A DNA stretch of 64,000 nt, from assembly GCF_009914755.1 (NCBI RefSeq), contig NC_060936.1. One strand, 5' to 3'. The translations under genes were made by a program, and so were the position numbers. Source of the DNA: the human T2T-CHM13v2.0 reference genome, Homo sapiens. The notes beneath the pieces were generated by a model, which saw nothing but the letters and a program-made list of their open reading frames with translations, had not been told where the DNA came from and ran no database searches. Below are positions 1 to 21,329 of this stretch, piece by piece. How positions within the stretch are numbered: the stretch's first letter is position 1; every line of letters begins with the position of its first letter.

Positions 1-495
1 AGAAAACTTGTATCTGCCTCTGTGAATGTCACCTCTTCCCAATACTTAAGATCAATAATGATTAGTGGATATTTTCCGTTGGTGCAAAAGTAAGTAATTG
101 CGGCTTTTGCCATTAAAGTAAACCAATATTTTCCAACTGGCCAATACATGATGTTACGAAATCATGCGTGATAAAAGAATCCATTCAAAGTGCAGTGTAG
201 ACCAACGGATTTTATGTAATAGAGTAGAAAAAGTTCATCTACGTGGTTTCAGATTGTACACTAACAAAACTATCCCTTGTTCGACTTGTATCTTTATATA
301 CTTTAACAAAAACAACATACGCAACAGATTAAACATAGAAGCAGATATGAGAATCCAGCTTTCTAGTAAGTCAGAAAAGACTTAAAAAGCGAAGCCACTC
401 CTTACTAAATTTTTTCTTTTGTAAAATATATGTAATTTTCATTAAAATATTATTTATGTTAACATGTAATGGGAATTTTACGAATCTGTTATTAA
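1..495 (+). mobile_element. hAT-Charlie (Charlie1-like) DNA transposon remnant
   Basis: GAAGCAGATATGAGAATCCAGCT...GCCACTC...TATTTATGTTAACATGTAATGGG matches the Charlie1-type 3' region as I recall it. Subfamily and ends are approximate. Confidence 0.5.
78..128. mobile_element. Partial MADE1 (mariner-derived MITE)
   Basis: GTTGGTGCAAAAGTAAGTAATTGCGGCTTTTGCCATT matches the MADE1/Hsmar1 terminal inverted repeat. The second arm is largely deleted. Confidence 0.7.
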
Positions 496-629
496 AGTGT
501 AAAGCAAAATAAGACTTTTACCATTTCAGTAAAGCAGGGACTAGAACACTTGTAACCTAATTTACATCCCTCCAACCGTTGAGCCATTGGTGTCAAGTAT
601 TTTAATTCTCTTTAAAATTTAAAACCTGC

Positions 630-1330
630 AAGCGCGGGAGCTCAGGGACCTGGCCAGGAAGGCCTGAGCTTCCGGGTCATCTTAGCACGCCCCCTCCCGG
701 TGGCCCTTGGCCGGAGCCCTCCGGCGCGGGAGTAACTCCTCGCAGAGGCCTCTGGGAGTTGTAGTTTTTTTGCCTTTGCCTCTCCATGACGCAATTCCTG
801 TGCGACATACGTAGCGGCCGCCATTGTTCCGCGCCGATGGCGAGATCCTTGTTCCTCAGATAGCGTTCATCGCCCGTCGTGGTCAACGGGCCAGCCGAGT
901 CTGGAGTGGTTGCGAACCCTTCTGGCTGCAGATCTGGAGGTGGAGGCAGTACCCTGGACTCTATTCTGCTGCCCCTTCAGGGTTTGGAGGAGCCGGAGGT
1001 GCGGAATTCCTCCGGTTTCAAGGCGGCGGGACGGGACAGAACTAATCTGCCTTAGCTCTCTCCTGCTGCTGACCCGGGGCGGTTGCCTGACCCTAACCTG
1101 TGTGTTGGTGAGGGTGTGGAGATGGTGAATCCCGTGCTGTGGGAGGGAAGGAGCCTCAGCTCCGAGAATGGCAGGCAGCCCTGGTGCCTCGGACCCTCCC
1201 CCTCTGGGTTTGGGGACTGCTGGGTGACCTCTTTCTTCACTGTGCTCTCTCTTCTAGCATCCCTCGCGTCCTGTCACTTCCAGCGAGGCACACAAAACTG
1301 ACCGTAGGGATGGCCACCAGGGTCCGGACA
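630..1330 (+). promoter_or_regulatory. ZNF268: ZNF268 CpG-island promoter with non-coding first exon (candidate donor GAG|GTGCGG at 998/999)
   Basis: High GC and CpG density. ZNF143/THAP11 SBS motif ACTACAACTCCCAGA on minus (751-765), CRE/ATF-like TGACGCAAT (787-795) and YY1-like GCCGCCATTGTT (817-828). Confidence 0.8.
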
Positions 1331-1342
1331 GCTTCTATTTGG
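1310..1342 (+). CDS. ZNF268: ZNF268 first coding exon (MATRVRTASIW)
   Basis: GGGATGG start context. Donor TGG|GTGAGT at 1342/1343. Acceptor TTCTAG at 1256-1257. Matches the ZNF268 N-terminus as I recall it. Confidence 0.9.
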
Positions 1343-2209
1343 GTGAGTAGGGGTTTTCTTTCATTCTTGAAAAGCTCTCCCTGAATGCCAACGTGTGCGC
1401 ACTCCATCTACTCCAGTCTGAATTTGCCAGGAGCTTTCTCACCCCACCGCTCTTTTAGGCAACTGGATCGTCATTTATAGCATGTTAGACTTTCCAGAAA
1501 TGCTTCTTGTCATCCGACTTCCTTTTTTCCTCCTTTCATCAATCTCTTTTCTAACAACTTTGTACGCTGAACTTTGGAGTTAAACAAGGGATACTCACAC
1601 ATCTTTCAGTTTTTTCAGCCTTTATTTACTGAGGGCCTTCTGTATCTGGGATCTTTAAACCTTATTTTGGAAATTACAAACTTTTTTATTCACTTGTTCA
1701 ACATTTTTTTTTATTGTATTTTGTTTGCTGGACCCTGGGGCAGGTGCTAAAAATGCAAAGATGGGTTGCTTATCATCCCTGTCTTGAAGAACAGTGGTCT
1801 AGGAATGGTGGATAAGAAAGACAATGACAAGTTAATGAGTGCTCTGGGAGCAGGCTGTGGAAATACACGGAGACATGCAGGAATGGGTCAGTTTTGGAAG
1901 TAAGGACACCCCCTAACCCCTTACTCCCAAATGCTTCAATGATTAAGAGATTCTTAACCTTAGGTTTGAAAGATGACAAACCTAAAGTAGACAAAGGATT
2001 AAAACCAGCCTAGGAAAAAGAAGTAACGTGCAAATTTGAGAGGCTTGAAATGACCTCATGTGGTGAACTTTGGGCACTTTAGGGTTGCTAAAATGTTGAG
2101 TTTAATGGTGATAGTAGAGTTATATTAAAAAATGAGGCTAGAGCCGTAGGCCTAAGATCATAGAGGGCTTTGAGGACCCCATTAAAAACTTGGATTGTAT
2201 CACATAGGG

Positions 2210-2534
2210 CAGGTGGTCCCCAACCCCCACGCTTCAGACTGGTACCAGTCTGTGGTCTGTTAGGAACTGGGGTGCATGGCAGGAGGCGAGTGGCGGTTTA
2301 GTGAGCATGACTGCCGGAGCCCCGCCTCCTATCAGAGGCTGCATTAGCTTTTCATAGCACAAACCCTATTGTGAACTGCGCATGCGAAAGATCTAGGTTG
2401 CGCACTTCTTATGGGACTCTAATGCCTGATGATCTGAAGTGGAACAGTTTCATCCAGAAGCCATCGCCGCACCCGACTGCCCGTCCATGGAAAAATTGTC
2501 CTCCACAAAACGAGTCCCTGGTTGGGGACTGTTG
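2210..2534. mobile_element. MER1B-like hAT-Charlie element
   Basis: Terminal inverted repeats CAGGTGGTCCCCAACC...GGTTGGGGACTGTTG. Internal AACCCTATTGTGAACTGCGCATGCGAAAGATCTAGGTTGCGC is typical of MER1. Confidence 0.8.
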
Positions 2535-2639
2535 GTATAGGGGAAGGAGTTTACTTATTGAAGTGTTTTCACAACGGATTTGAGGGTAGAACAGTCTAGT
2601 CTGCAGCAGGTAAGAGAATATAAGGGTTTAAGTAAATTA

Positions 2640-2880
<241 letters not shown>

Positions 2881-3277
2881 CTAAGAGAGGCAGAAAAGCC
2901 AGGGATGACAACTGGAGTTCTACTCTGTGGGCCTGGTTGGGAGTGTCACCATTTGCTGAGTAAGGGAAGACTGTCAGAATTGTGATTGGTAGAGGGGGAA
3001 GATTTCAGTTTTGTATGGATTGGCTCCTCTAGGTAGAGGTTGCAAATTAGGTGTGGCCAAAGTAGCTCAGGGAGAATGTGTACCCTAAGAAGAGAACTGA
3101 GGACAGTGGTCAGGGAAATGACAAGAGAAAGCAGGGGAAGAGGTGTTGAAGACTGAGATGGAACCCAAGAAAAGTAAGACAAAATAGAGACATGTAATTC
3201 ACACTTAAAGAAATGGAAACCTCAAAAATGCTTGTCAAGTGACATGTATGAGGGAGATCAAGTAATATTAGATCATT

Positions 3278-4175
<898 letters not shown>

Positions 4176-4213
4176 AGCAGTCATAAAAACCTAAATGGAA
4201 TTTAGTGGTGATG

Positions 4214-4512
4214 GGCTGTGTGTGGTGGGTCACGCCTGTAGTCCCAGCACTTTGGGAGGCCAAGGTGGGCAGATCATCTGAGGTCAGGAGTTCGAGACCA
4301 GCCTGGCCAACATGGCGAAACCTCGTCTCTACTAAAAATATGAAAATTAGCTGGGCGTGATGGTGGGCACCTGTAATCCCAGCTACACGGGAGGCTGAGG
4401 CAGAAAAATCGCTTGAACCCCAGGAGTAGGAGGTTGCAGTGAGCCAAGATCACGCCACTGCACTCCAATCTGGCGACAGAGTGAGACTCTGTCTCAAAAA
4501 AAAAAAAAAAAA
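4214..4512 (+). mobile_element. AluS
   Basis: Full dimeric Alu with poly(A) tail. Confidence 0.9.
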
Positions 4513-4693
4513 CAAAGAATGTGTGGTGGCTACTTTAGCTTGGGTGCTCAGGGAAGGCCCCCACTGAGGAAGTGACGTCTAAGCTAAGTCTGAGTTACAA
4601 TAGCAAGCCAGCCTTGGGAAGAGCAGGTAGAAGAACATCCAGGATGGGAACAGCCAGGGCCAAGGCTGCGAGGCAAGAGAAGTTTGATGCCTT

Positions 4694-4916
4694 GGTAACC
4701 TGGAAGGAAGGACTTTGTGACTGGGGTAGGGAGTGAGAGAGAGGAGAGCAGATGAACACAGGTGCAGAGGCCAGATCAGGGAGTGAGAGAGAGGAGAGCA
4801 GATGAACAGAGGTGCAGAGGCCAGATCAGGTAACCTGGAAGGAAGGACTTTGTGACTGGGGGTAGGGAGTGAGAGAGAGGAGAGCAGATGAACACAGGTG
4901 CAGAGGCCAGATCAGG
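4694..4916. repeat. Local compound tandem duplication (A-B-B'-A-B)
   Basis: GTAACCTGGAAGGAAGGACTTTGTGACTGGGG occurs twice. GAGAGGAGAGCAGATGAACA(C/G)AGGTGCAGAGGCCAGATCAGG occurs three times. Confidence 0.9.
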
Positions 4917-5694
4917 CTGGGAAGCCATGGGGCCCGGGAGAGTGTGTGGCGCTAAGACAGGGAGCAACGTGAGCTGCTTAGGGTTTCCAAAGACCCTTCT
5001 GAGTGCTGAGTGGGGGACAGGTTGTAGGTGGGCAAGAGTAGGCACAGAAAGAGGGGGAAGCCAGAGACTGACTAGGTGACCACGTTCAGACAAGAGGTAG
5101 CAGGGATTTTGTGTAGTGTGGTAGAAATGGAGACACTGGTCAGAGTTGGGGGATGTTTGAAGGTGGAGTCCTCTTTTCTAAGAACCAGCATATGCTTTTT
5201 ATCTTGTTGATTGTCATTTTGTAGTGTGGTTTATTTTCATTAAGTATTCCTGGTTTTATGTTTTGTTTTGTTTTCTTTTGCCGTTTCAACCAAATGTTAA
5301 TGCTCAGTGTCTACTACGTATGAGGTTCTGTGCTAAATCATTTATTAGGTATTATCACCTTAAAACTTCACAGTAGCCCTAGCCCCAGGTGGTGAATACT
5401 GTTTTTCTCCTTTGATGGGTAAGGGTACTGAGGTCCAGAAAGGGCTAGTTGGAGACCAGGTGGCACCCCTGGTCAATGTAGAGCCAGGACTTGAACCCAG
5501 ATATTCTGGCTCTACATGCATTTTCCTGGCCTGTGTACCTTATTTAGTCTCTGGATGTAGGTTGAGGATTTCTTGAGGCAGAGATTCTAGGATCCTAGAC
5601 CCTGAAATGTAGAGTAAAATGTGGAGCGGGTAGACTGTGCCCAGTGTACACAGAGAAGGCTCTGAGACATAAGCTGTTGGTCTCCAGGGAATAA

Positions 5695-5989
<295 letters not shown>

Positions 5990-7183
5990 TCCAGGGAATA
6001 ATCTTAATGTCCATTAATGGTGAATGATGAAACGTGATGGAATACTATTCACCAACAAAAAGAACAAACTATTGATATGTGCTATGACAAGCATAAACCT
6101 TGAAAGCATTATGCGAAGTGAAAGAAGCCAGACACAAAAGACTAGATATTATATGATCCCATTTATATGGCACACACATGCGTATACGTATACTTGCAAT
6201 CCCACTTCTTTTTTGTAACACAAAAGCTAGCTTTCTGTACGTACTATTCTTCCCCTTGTCATTATCACTAAGAGTATATATTGATCATTGTATTATACCA
6301 ATAGTGGTACATAGAGGTTGTTCGCTCCCTCTTCCCTATCTCTTATCACCTTTTACTGGCTGTATGGATGGCCCATAGTGTTTTCAACCAGTTATGTAGT
6401 TACAGATATTTGGGTTATAAAAATGCCTTGGTGAACAGCCTTTTCATGGCATTTCATTCATTGTTTCTTTTTCTAATTTTTTATTCCTTTTTTTTTAGGC
6501 TTTCCCCACTTTTCACCTGTGCCGCCTTCTAGGTCGTTGGCGCTTTTTTATGTTCCTCCTAAATTTAATCTTCATTTCTGAATTTTTTTCCTAATTTATT
6601 TATTTATTCTGATATTTCTCATTTCACATTTTCCAGATTTCACATTTCTAAGCATCTACTTTCTAGGCTCTTTTATTTTTTATATATCTGTCCTTTCAAA
6701 GTTTCGTTTTTCTGATTTCTTTTACTTCATTTTGAAATATTATGTTACAATTTTTTATGTGGTCAGATATTTTGGTTATGTTTTTATTGTCTGTCAGAGC
6801 CTCGTTTGGTTCCTTATTCCCTCATAATAATGTTGTGTGGGTATTCCTACTGCCCTACCAAACCAGCCTATTAAGACGCCATTTGGTTTGTGGCAGGAAG
6901 TCCGTTTGGAGGCTAGGATGAGCCAGGACAGTTTTCTCTAGCTTTGCTGTTTGAGGGTCGTACCTGTATTTTTATCATGAAGGGCTCAAAACTTGACTTG
7001 AACTCTTGGTGCTAAGCCTTGTCAGGAAGCCATTTCTTTTCTGCCTCTAACCCTGCATTTCCTGAAGTTAAACCTGCCTTGTTTTCTAACGTGTTTCTCT
7101 CACATTTATGTGATGTGACCCCTATTTCCTTTTCCCCAAAGGAAATAATGCTCGCTAAAGTAAATTTGCTCTTGAGTCCACAG

Positions 7184-7384
7184 GTCCCACCTCTCCAAGA
7201 ACGAAACAGTTCATGGGATAGGATCAGAAAGCTCCAAGGTCAGGAATCCATCTTGGGCCAAGGGACTCCTGGTCTGCAACCTCTCCCTGGAACACCCAGG
7301 CAGAAGCAGAAGAGTCGCAGAATAGAGAAAGTCCTAGAGTGGCTGTTTATTTCCCAAGAGCAGCCAAAAATCACCAAGTCCTGG
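7184..7384 (+). CDS. ZNF268: ZNF268 coding exon 2 (VPPLQER...KITKSW), 201 nt, phase 0-0
   Basis: CAG|GTC acceptor, TGG|GTGAGC donor and an open frame. Including it brings the total to 947 aa. Confidence 0.88.
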
Positions 7385-7516
7385 GTGAGCTTCTCATTTG
7401 TTTATTCCTAGTGTTTTCTTTATTACCTTTTTTTTTTTTGGTGCAGAGAGGGATGGAGATCCTTAGGTCAGAGGGTTAAGTTAATCACTCCTCAGTTCAG
7501 TTCAAAACCCCCCCAC

Positions 7517-7808
7517 TTTTTTTTTTGAGACAGGGTCTTGGTCTGTTGCCCAGAGTGGAGCGCAGTGGTGCAATCATAACTCACTGCAGCCTCAAACTCC
7601 AGGCTCAAGTGATCCTCCAGCCTCAGCCTCTTGAGTAGCTGGGACAGCAGGCAAGTGCCACCATGCCTGGCTGATGTTTTTTATTTTTAGTAGAGAGGAG
7701 GTCTCCCTGTGTGGCTCAGGCTGGTCATCAACTCCTAAGCTCAAGCAGTCCTCCTGCCTCAGCCTCCTGAGGTGCTGGGATGACAGTCATGAGCCACTGT
7801 GCCTGGCC
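7517..7808 (-). mobile_element. AluJ
   Basis: GGCTCAAGTGATCCTCC and CTCAAGCAGTCCTCC are AluJ-type motifs. Confidence 0.85.
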
Positions 7809-8412
7809 CATGGCCCTTTTATCATCATTGGTTCATGTAAGGTCCTTATCTACCTTTATTTATATATTCTCTTATTTCCTCATACTCAATTTTCATCTCC
7901 TTTCCCATCCCCAAAAAGTTATTTTGTGTTTTATGTGTATCCTTTTTTTTAAAAAATGTGTGTTTACGTAATATGTATTGTTCGGGAAGCTTGTTAGAAA
8001 TGCAGAATATCAGAGTTCACCTCAATGCTGTTAATATCAGACTCTTCATTTTAATAAGATTCAGTGATTCATGCACATTAAAGTTTAAAACAAACTTACT
8101 ATGAAGCCTATATTCAAATTTTTTCCTCGGGTGCTTCTTTTACTTCCAATATTGGCTTGCTTTTTTAGTCTCTTAATGCTTACTTTTGATGAACAGATAT
8201 TTCTAACTTTTACTGAGTCTGGATTGCAAATTTTTTTATTTTATTGCTAATGATTTTTGTGTCCTATTGTTTTCTTATCCTAAGCTCATAAAGATCTTTT
8301 TCTTTATTACTTTATTACTTTACCTTTCACTTTTCGATTTACAGTGCCTTTGGGATTGAGTTCAAATCCATGAACACAGGATTCCCCCATTATTTAGATC
8401 TTTGATTTTTAA

Positions 8413-9420
<1,008 letters not shown>

Positions 9421-9619
9421 AAGTTTATCTGTTTTTGAGTAAGTTTGGTAATTTGCGTCTTCCAAGGAATATGTCCTTTTCAACTAACTTAACCAAATTT
9501 ATGTGCGCAGAGCAGTTAGTCTTTTCATGTCTGTGAATTCAGTAATGATAACTTCTTTTCATATCTGATGCTTGTCATGTGTGTCTTCTATTTTTGCTTT
9601 GACGTAAGTTTTCATTTGT

Positions 9620-9910
9620 ATAAATACCTGGGGCATAGTTGCTGGATTATATGGTAAGACTGTTTAGATTTGTAAGAAGTTGCCAAACTGGCTTCCAAAG
9701 TGACTCTACCACTTTTCATTCCCACCAGCAATGAATAAGAGTTCCTATTGCTCCACATCCTCTCCAGCATTTGGTGGTCAGTTTTTTGGATTTTATCCAT
9801 TCTAATAGGTGTGTAGTGGTGTCTTACTTTTGTCTGGATTTGCAATTCCCTAATGACATATGGTATTGAGCATGCTTTGTATGCTCATTTACCATCTGTA
9901 TATTTTCATG
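9620..9910 (-). mobile_element. Old L1M 3' fragment
   Basis: ORF 9612-9845(-) ...HHYTPIRMDKIQKTD...SYSLLVG resembles the L1 ORF2 C-terminus. Confidence 0.7.
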
Positions 9911-10346
9911 TTTAGGTCTTTATCCCACAGAGTGGCTGCTACTTACAGCAGTTACCTTTTTAGTCCATAAAGTTTTAATGTGTCTTCTCTTCTGGGTACC
10001 AATAGTGCCCTTTCACAGATTTCACCTGACACTGTCAAATAGCATTGCTTCCTTCTTCCTTTGTGCCTACGTTGTAATCTGTGTTCTTTTTTCTTAGCTT
10101 CTTTGACTTTCAGTTGCATTTGCATATGTAACTGTTCTTCATTCTGCAGTGCTAAAAGCTTCTTGGTGGCAGGACTGTATTTCATTTATGTTTATATTCC
10201 TGGACATAGAGGTTGGTAACTGTATTGCAGATGTAGGAGTGATCAGTCGAACTTGTTTGCCTGACTGTCCTGCCTTTAGTACTGAAGGTCCCATATCTGA
10301 GCACTCTTGTATAGGTGGTTTCTAGGATAGCTTAAAACTGTAAAGA

Positions 10347-10711
<365 letters not shown>

Positions 10712-10764
10712 TTAAACATAAATAATGGACACCCTAAACAGCTAGTTTTCCACAAACCTAGTAA

Positions 10765-11052
<288 letters not shown>

Positions 11053-11219
11053 TAGTTCCCTATTGGCAGCAGAGTATGCCAGTTGAATGGTCTTTACTTT
11101 GCCAAATTGCAAAAAGGCAGCTTCATCATGCTACCTCCAAACCAAATCTTTCCCGTTCTTCAGAATCTCTGAATCTCAAGCTGTTTGTTCCAGGTTGTCT
11201 GTGATTTTTCTATTTATAG

Positions 11220-11315
11220 GGTACCAACACACCAAACCTGATATCATCTTCAAGTTGGAACAAGGAGAAGAGCTGTGTATGGTGCAGGCCCAAGTTCCAA
11301 ATCAGACCTGTCCAA
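11220..11315 (+). CDS. ZNF268: ZNF268 KRAB-B exon (96 nt)
   Basis: GYQHTKPDIIFKLEQGEELCMVQAQVPNQTCP. TATAG acceptor and A|GTGAGT donor. Confidence 0.95.
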
Positions 11316-11375
11316 GTGAGTGATGGAGACAAATCTTTTCTTCTTTATTTAGAATTAGCATGAATTCCAATGTGA

Positions 11376-12271
<896 letters not shown>

Positions 12272-12492
12272 TTGCTAATGGCTTTAACATTATCACTCTA
12301 TACCTTCTGAGCACATTCCTTTGTCATGTGATAGTGTCCATGATCCTGCAGTGACACCTGTTGATCCTGCTCTTCTGCTGCATGACCGAGCACTTTTTCC
12401 CTTCATGTTCCACTGGGCTTCTCTTGCTCTTCTGAATCCAAGGGGTCTTTATTCTTCATTTCCCTCATATAGTGTAACTTTTAAAAGACTTA

Positions 12493-12606
<114 letters not shown>

Positions 12607-12659
12607 CTAGACTCTGGCCTGGGTGATAGTGAGATCTCATCTCAAAAAAAGAAGACTTC

Positions 12660-13018
12660 TGTCTCAGTCTATTTGTGTTGCTGTAATAAAATACTATAGA
12701 CTAGGTAATTTTATAAAGCACAGAAATTTATTTCTCACAGTTTTGAAGGCTGGAAAGTCCAAAGCCAAGGTGCTGGCAGGTTTGGTGTCTGGTGAGGGCC
12801 TGCTCTGTGCTTCCAAGATGACGCCTTGTTGCTGCATCCTCTGGAGGTGAGGAACACTGTGGGACAGAAAGAGGGGCAAAAAAGGCCTAAGATCATTCCC
12901 TCAAGCCCTTTTAGAAACGACTAATCCATTCATGAGGGCACAACTTAATCTTCTCTTAATACCACCACAATGGGGAGTAAGTTTCAACATGAGTTTTAGA
13001 GGGGACACATTCAAACCT
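12660..13018. mobile_element. MST-type MaLR LTR
   Basis: TGTCTCAGTCTATTTGTGTTGCTGTAATAAAATACTATAGACTAGGTAATTT...TTTCAACATGAGTTTTAGAGGGGACACATTCAAACC. Confidence 0.8.
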
Positions 13019-14707
13019 TAATAACTTCCATTCGGAAGATTGAAGCTCTTTTCCTCTACTGGTAATTGATAGCCATACTGATCTTTTATCTGCCCTTTGG
13101 TCCTGGTTTTGATTGATTCACTGGCATCTCCCTCATACCACTCCCTGGCCTCGTTTTCAGAAACTGGAATCGTCTCTCCCACTGCTCCACCTACATACCA
13201 CCTTCTTTTCATCTTTCTTCTCTTTGTTTATCCTGTTTTTTAAATTCTAAGTTTTTTTTCCTAACACTGGGGAAGTCAGCTTGAATTTCCTTTCTGTGCA
13301 GGGCTCCCTTACTAATTTTGGTACAGTGTTGTTAGCATTTTGTTCCTTTAAAAAGAGGTCTTTTAAAACCCTCATCGTCTCAATTCCCACTCAAAACGAG
13401 GCCAGTATTGTCATGTCTGGATTGTTGTATTTAGCTAAATTTATTCATTGTACTCTTTTTATATTAATTCATCTTCGATGTTACTGTCAGATATATTTCC
13501 CTGAATACCCCATTTATTCTATCACTAGCATGACAGCATAAATCAACAGTTAGTCCTTGCATTACTAGGATTGTTTCAGCTGCAGTTGTTGGTCAATCCC
13601 AGACCAACTAATTTAAGCAGAAGTGATTTATTATTACACATCACAAAAGGTCCTGAAGTGGGGCAGCTCCAGGATCAACTAAGTGATTGACTCACTCAAT
13701 CGCCAAGGGCCCATCTAGGTATGTTGACATTTTCCTTAGGTTACCTTCTTTAATGGCCCTCAGATGGCTCTTGCAGTTCTAGTTGATGCCTGTGGATATA
13801 CCAGTGGCCAATGAAATAAAAAGGGCTGTTTCTTCACACACGAGTCTGTCAGACAGGAAAACTCATCCCAGGAAGTCCCAAGCAGACTGATCATGTTCAA
13901 CAGGCTAAATTTTTGTCACATGCCCCTGTCTGAGGGAGGCTCTGGAAAGGGAAATGGGGCTATCTCCGTTGGCTCAGATAAATTATGCTTTACCTTTTGG
14001 AAGCGGGACTGGGGATAGAAATGGGTCTTCACTTCCCTGACTGAAGCACATCACCTAGATGGGGGTGGAAAAAAATCAGGTTACTGCCAGCCAGGAACAG
14101 GGCAGAAGAACCACTGGGTAAGCAGCACTGTCTGCCTTCACCTTCCTTGGCCAGGCAGCACCTGTCACACCCTTCTTCCCAGCCATCCATCTTCAGATAT
14201 TTGCTGCAACCCATATGTTGGTTCTTGTACTACATTAATACAAGTCTAGGATCCTGTTCCCATTCAGAGTGGGGAGTAGTTCTTTATGGTCTATAGACCT
14301 ATAATTAAAGATAAATTAAACACATCCAGCCATCCAAATGTAGAGGGATAGAGACAAGTCTAGGGTCCCCCAGTTCCAGGAGGGCAGCAGCAGTGAACAC
14401 CACATGGTAGCCACTGGTTTACACTGTTGGCCTTGTCACAATTTCTTTCTGTGGCAGTGAAATAAGTTACCTGGTGAACCTTTGTTTCTGCTCTCCAAGC
14501 ATAATTTCCTTTTCCGTCATCATCTGTGATTAAACTCGAGATGGTCGTTGGGGAAATGGCTTTTCTGTAGCTTCAGAATCTCAATTCTCTTGGTGTATAT
14601 TTGGGTTCCCAGTGATTGCCTTTGGACCACAGCCAGGAACCATATTTAATATGGTCTCGAATCATGTTTAAATAATCTTCAAGCTTAAGAATGCCTGATC
14701 ATGTTCA

Positions 14708-15709
<1,002 letters not shown>

Positions 15710-16341
15710 CTACCTTGAGGTGTCAAGTATAATCCTGTTTTTGCCATTATTGTTACAAAGAGCATGCTGTAGAGAAGACACATTAGATTTCCAATGACGA
15801 AAGCAGAGATACAGGAACCGAGCAAAGATAAGGATGGGTGTGTTACCAGCACCAGAAGGAATGGAAGGATAAAGTACAGGGTTTGATAGTTAGGATGGCT
15901 TCAGTATCCATGAACTATGAAAGTCTACCAAAAAAATAGTGACAGTCAAACACAGGAGCAAATCTGATTCTAGGGCACAGAGTAATTATTCACTGGCCTA
16001 TTTTCATTTTGTTGGGGACAGTTTTTACTATAGGACCATTTAATAATATCACTCCTTCTCAAACCATTGTGAAAACCGAAAGTGCTCATATTTATTTGTT
16101 AGTGCATTAACGGAAGATAATGCCCCAGTGGGGAATTGATGTTTGGGGAGATAGAATTTGATGGTTGTATACAAAATGAATAAGAGGGATCAGATTTAAT
16201 AGGAAAACTACCTGCAGTTTTTCACAGTAAACTTGGAGTGAGATGTTAAGATCCCCTGATCTGCTCTGCTTTCTTTTTTTTTTAATATTAATACCTTTAA
16301 TAAATTTTATTTTCCAGATTTTCTATTCTCTAGATCCTTTC

Positions 16342-19854
<3,513 letters not shown>

Positions 19855-21329
19855 CTCTGCTTTCTTTTAATATCCTTTTCTTTCATTACCCTGGTTAGTA
19901 TGTTGTTTTGGGGCATCTATCTATTTTCTACTCAACCTCCAGATATTTCCTGTTGTGACAAAGGACTTGATCCTTAGTCTTATTTCCTATCTATTTTCTA
20001 TCTTTCCCTTTTTGTTTTTGTGTTCACAAAGCTGTTTGCCTACCCTGTGCCGATTCTTTTCCATGCCTGCTAGAGGAAACATCTTCAGTCTCTTTTTAAC
20101 TCTTGTGGTAGTTACCTCCATATTTCTAAATAACCAGCTTATTCTGCTAGACCTTGGCTTTCTCCCCTAATGATTGCTCAGTATAGAAAGGTAATTTACT
20201 TCTCTTTCACTCTCCTCCCTCCATACCTTCCCACCATATACACACTCATGATGGAGACATGTCTCTTCTCATGTTCCCATGCCTCCATCATTCTGATACA
20301 GTTATTTCATATTTTTGGTTAAATCTGTCTTTAGTTTTTATGTTGGTATGACTGTAATTCCTGTTTATAGGGAAATCATGCAAGTATACAGTGATTTATT
20401 TTTGTTTCTAAATTTGTATTTTTTCTGTAGTTAATTTTTTGCTAATTTAATTTTGTTACCATTAATGTTTTCATCATGTATTCAATTCCAGACTCTCCTT
20501 TCAGTATCTGAATATTCTTGGCTGATACTTTCAGCCAAATTATTAATTGTATTCCTTTTTTCTTCCTAGTGATATTGACTGCTAAGTTTTTCTGACTTGC
20601 TTCAGAGTAGCTTAGTTTTTTTAAGGCCTGCTGTGCAATTTTTATCCTGGGATCTCCTCTTTGATTTTATTTTCTATATCCTCTGTCATTTCTTTTCTTG
20701 GAGCAACTCAAGAGTAGCTTCCTGGAAAAGGGTGATACAAACATTGAGACCTGTGCATCTGAAAATGTTTTGACTTTATTCCTCATTGCTCTATTTTCTG
20801 TCCTCTAGTTTTCCTAAAGAGAAGTCTGATGGCATTCTAATTTTTGTTACATTGTAGAAAGCTTTGTTTTTGTTTCAGTTTTGATTTCTCTGGATGGTTT
20901 TAAGAACTGCTTCTTGTCCTGTTAAGGAATGATGTTCCCTCTCAGTTTATTTTTATCCATTTACTAGGTATTGAGATGTTATTCCCAGGAGGACTGGGAA
21001 GTAATCTGCATTGTTCTCTGCCATTTCTCTAGAAGTTAGCATAGTGTTTGGCACATAGTAGGTATTTAATTATTTTTTGAATAAATCTAATGTTCATAGA
21101 TCCCTAATGACATGTTTATATTATCTTCATTGTTCCTTTTGCCTATTTTGCCTTCTTTATCCAATATGCAAAACTTTTAAACTTCTTATCAGTTTACTAT
21201 GCCTATCTTCAGTTTGGTTTTTCTTTTTCTCAGTACCCAGTAGTTTGAGTGTTTTTATACCTGAGAATTTATTTATATTCAGATCTGATATCTGAAACTA
21301 AAAACCTCATGATATGGCATTTCACAGGG

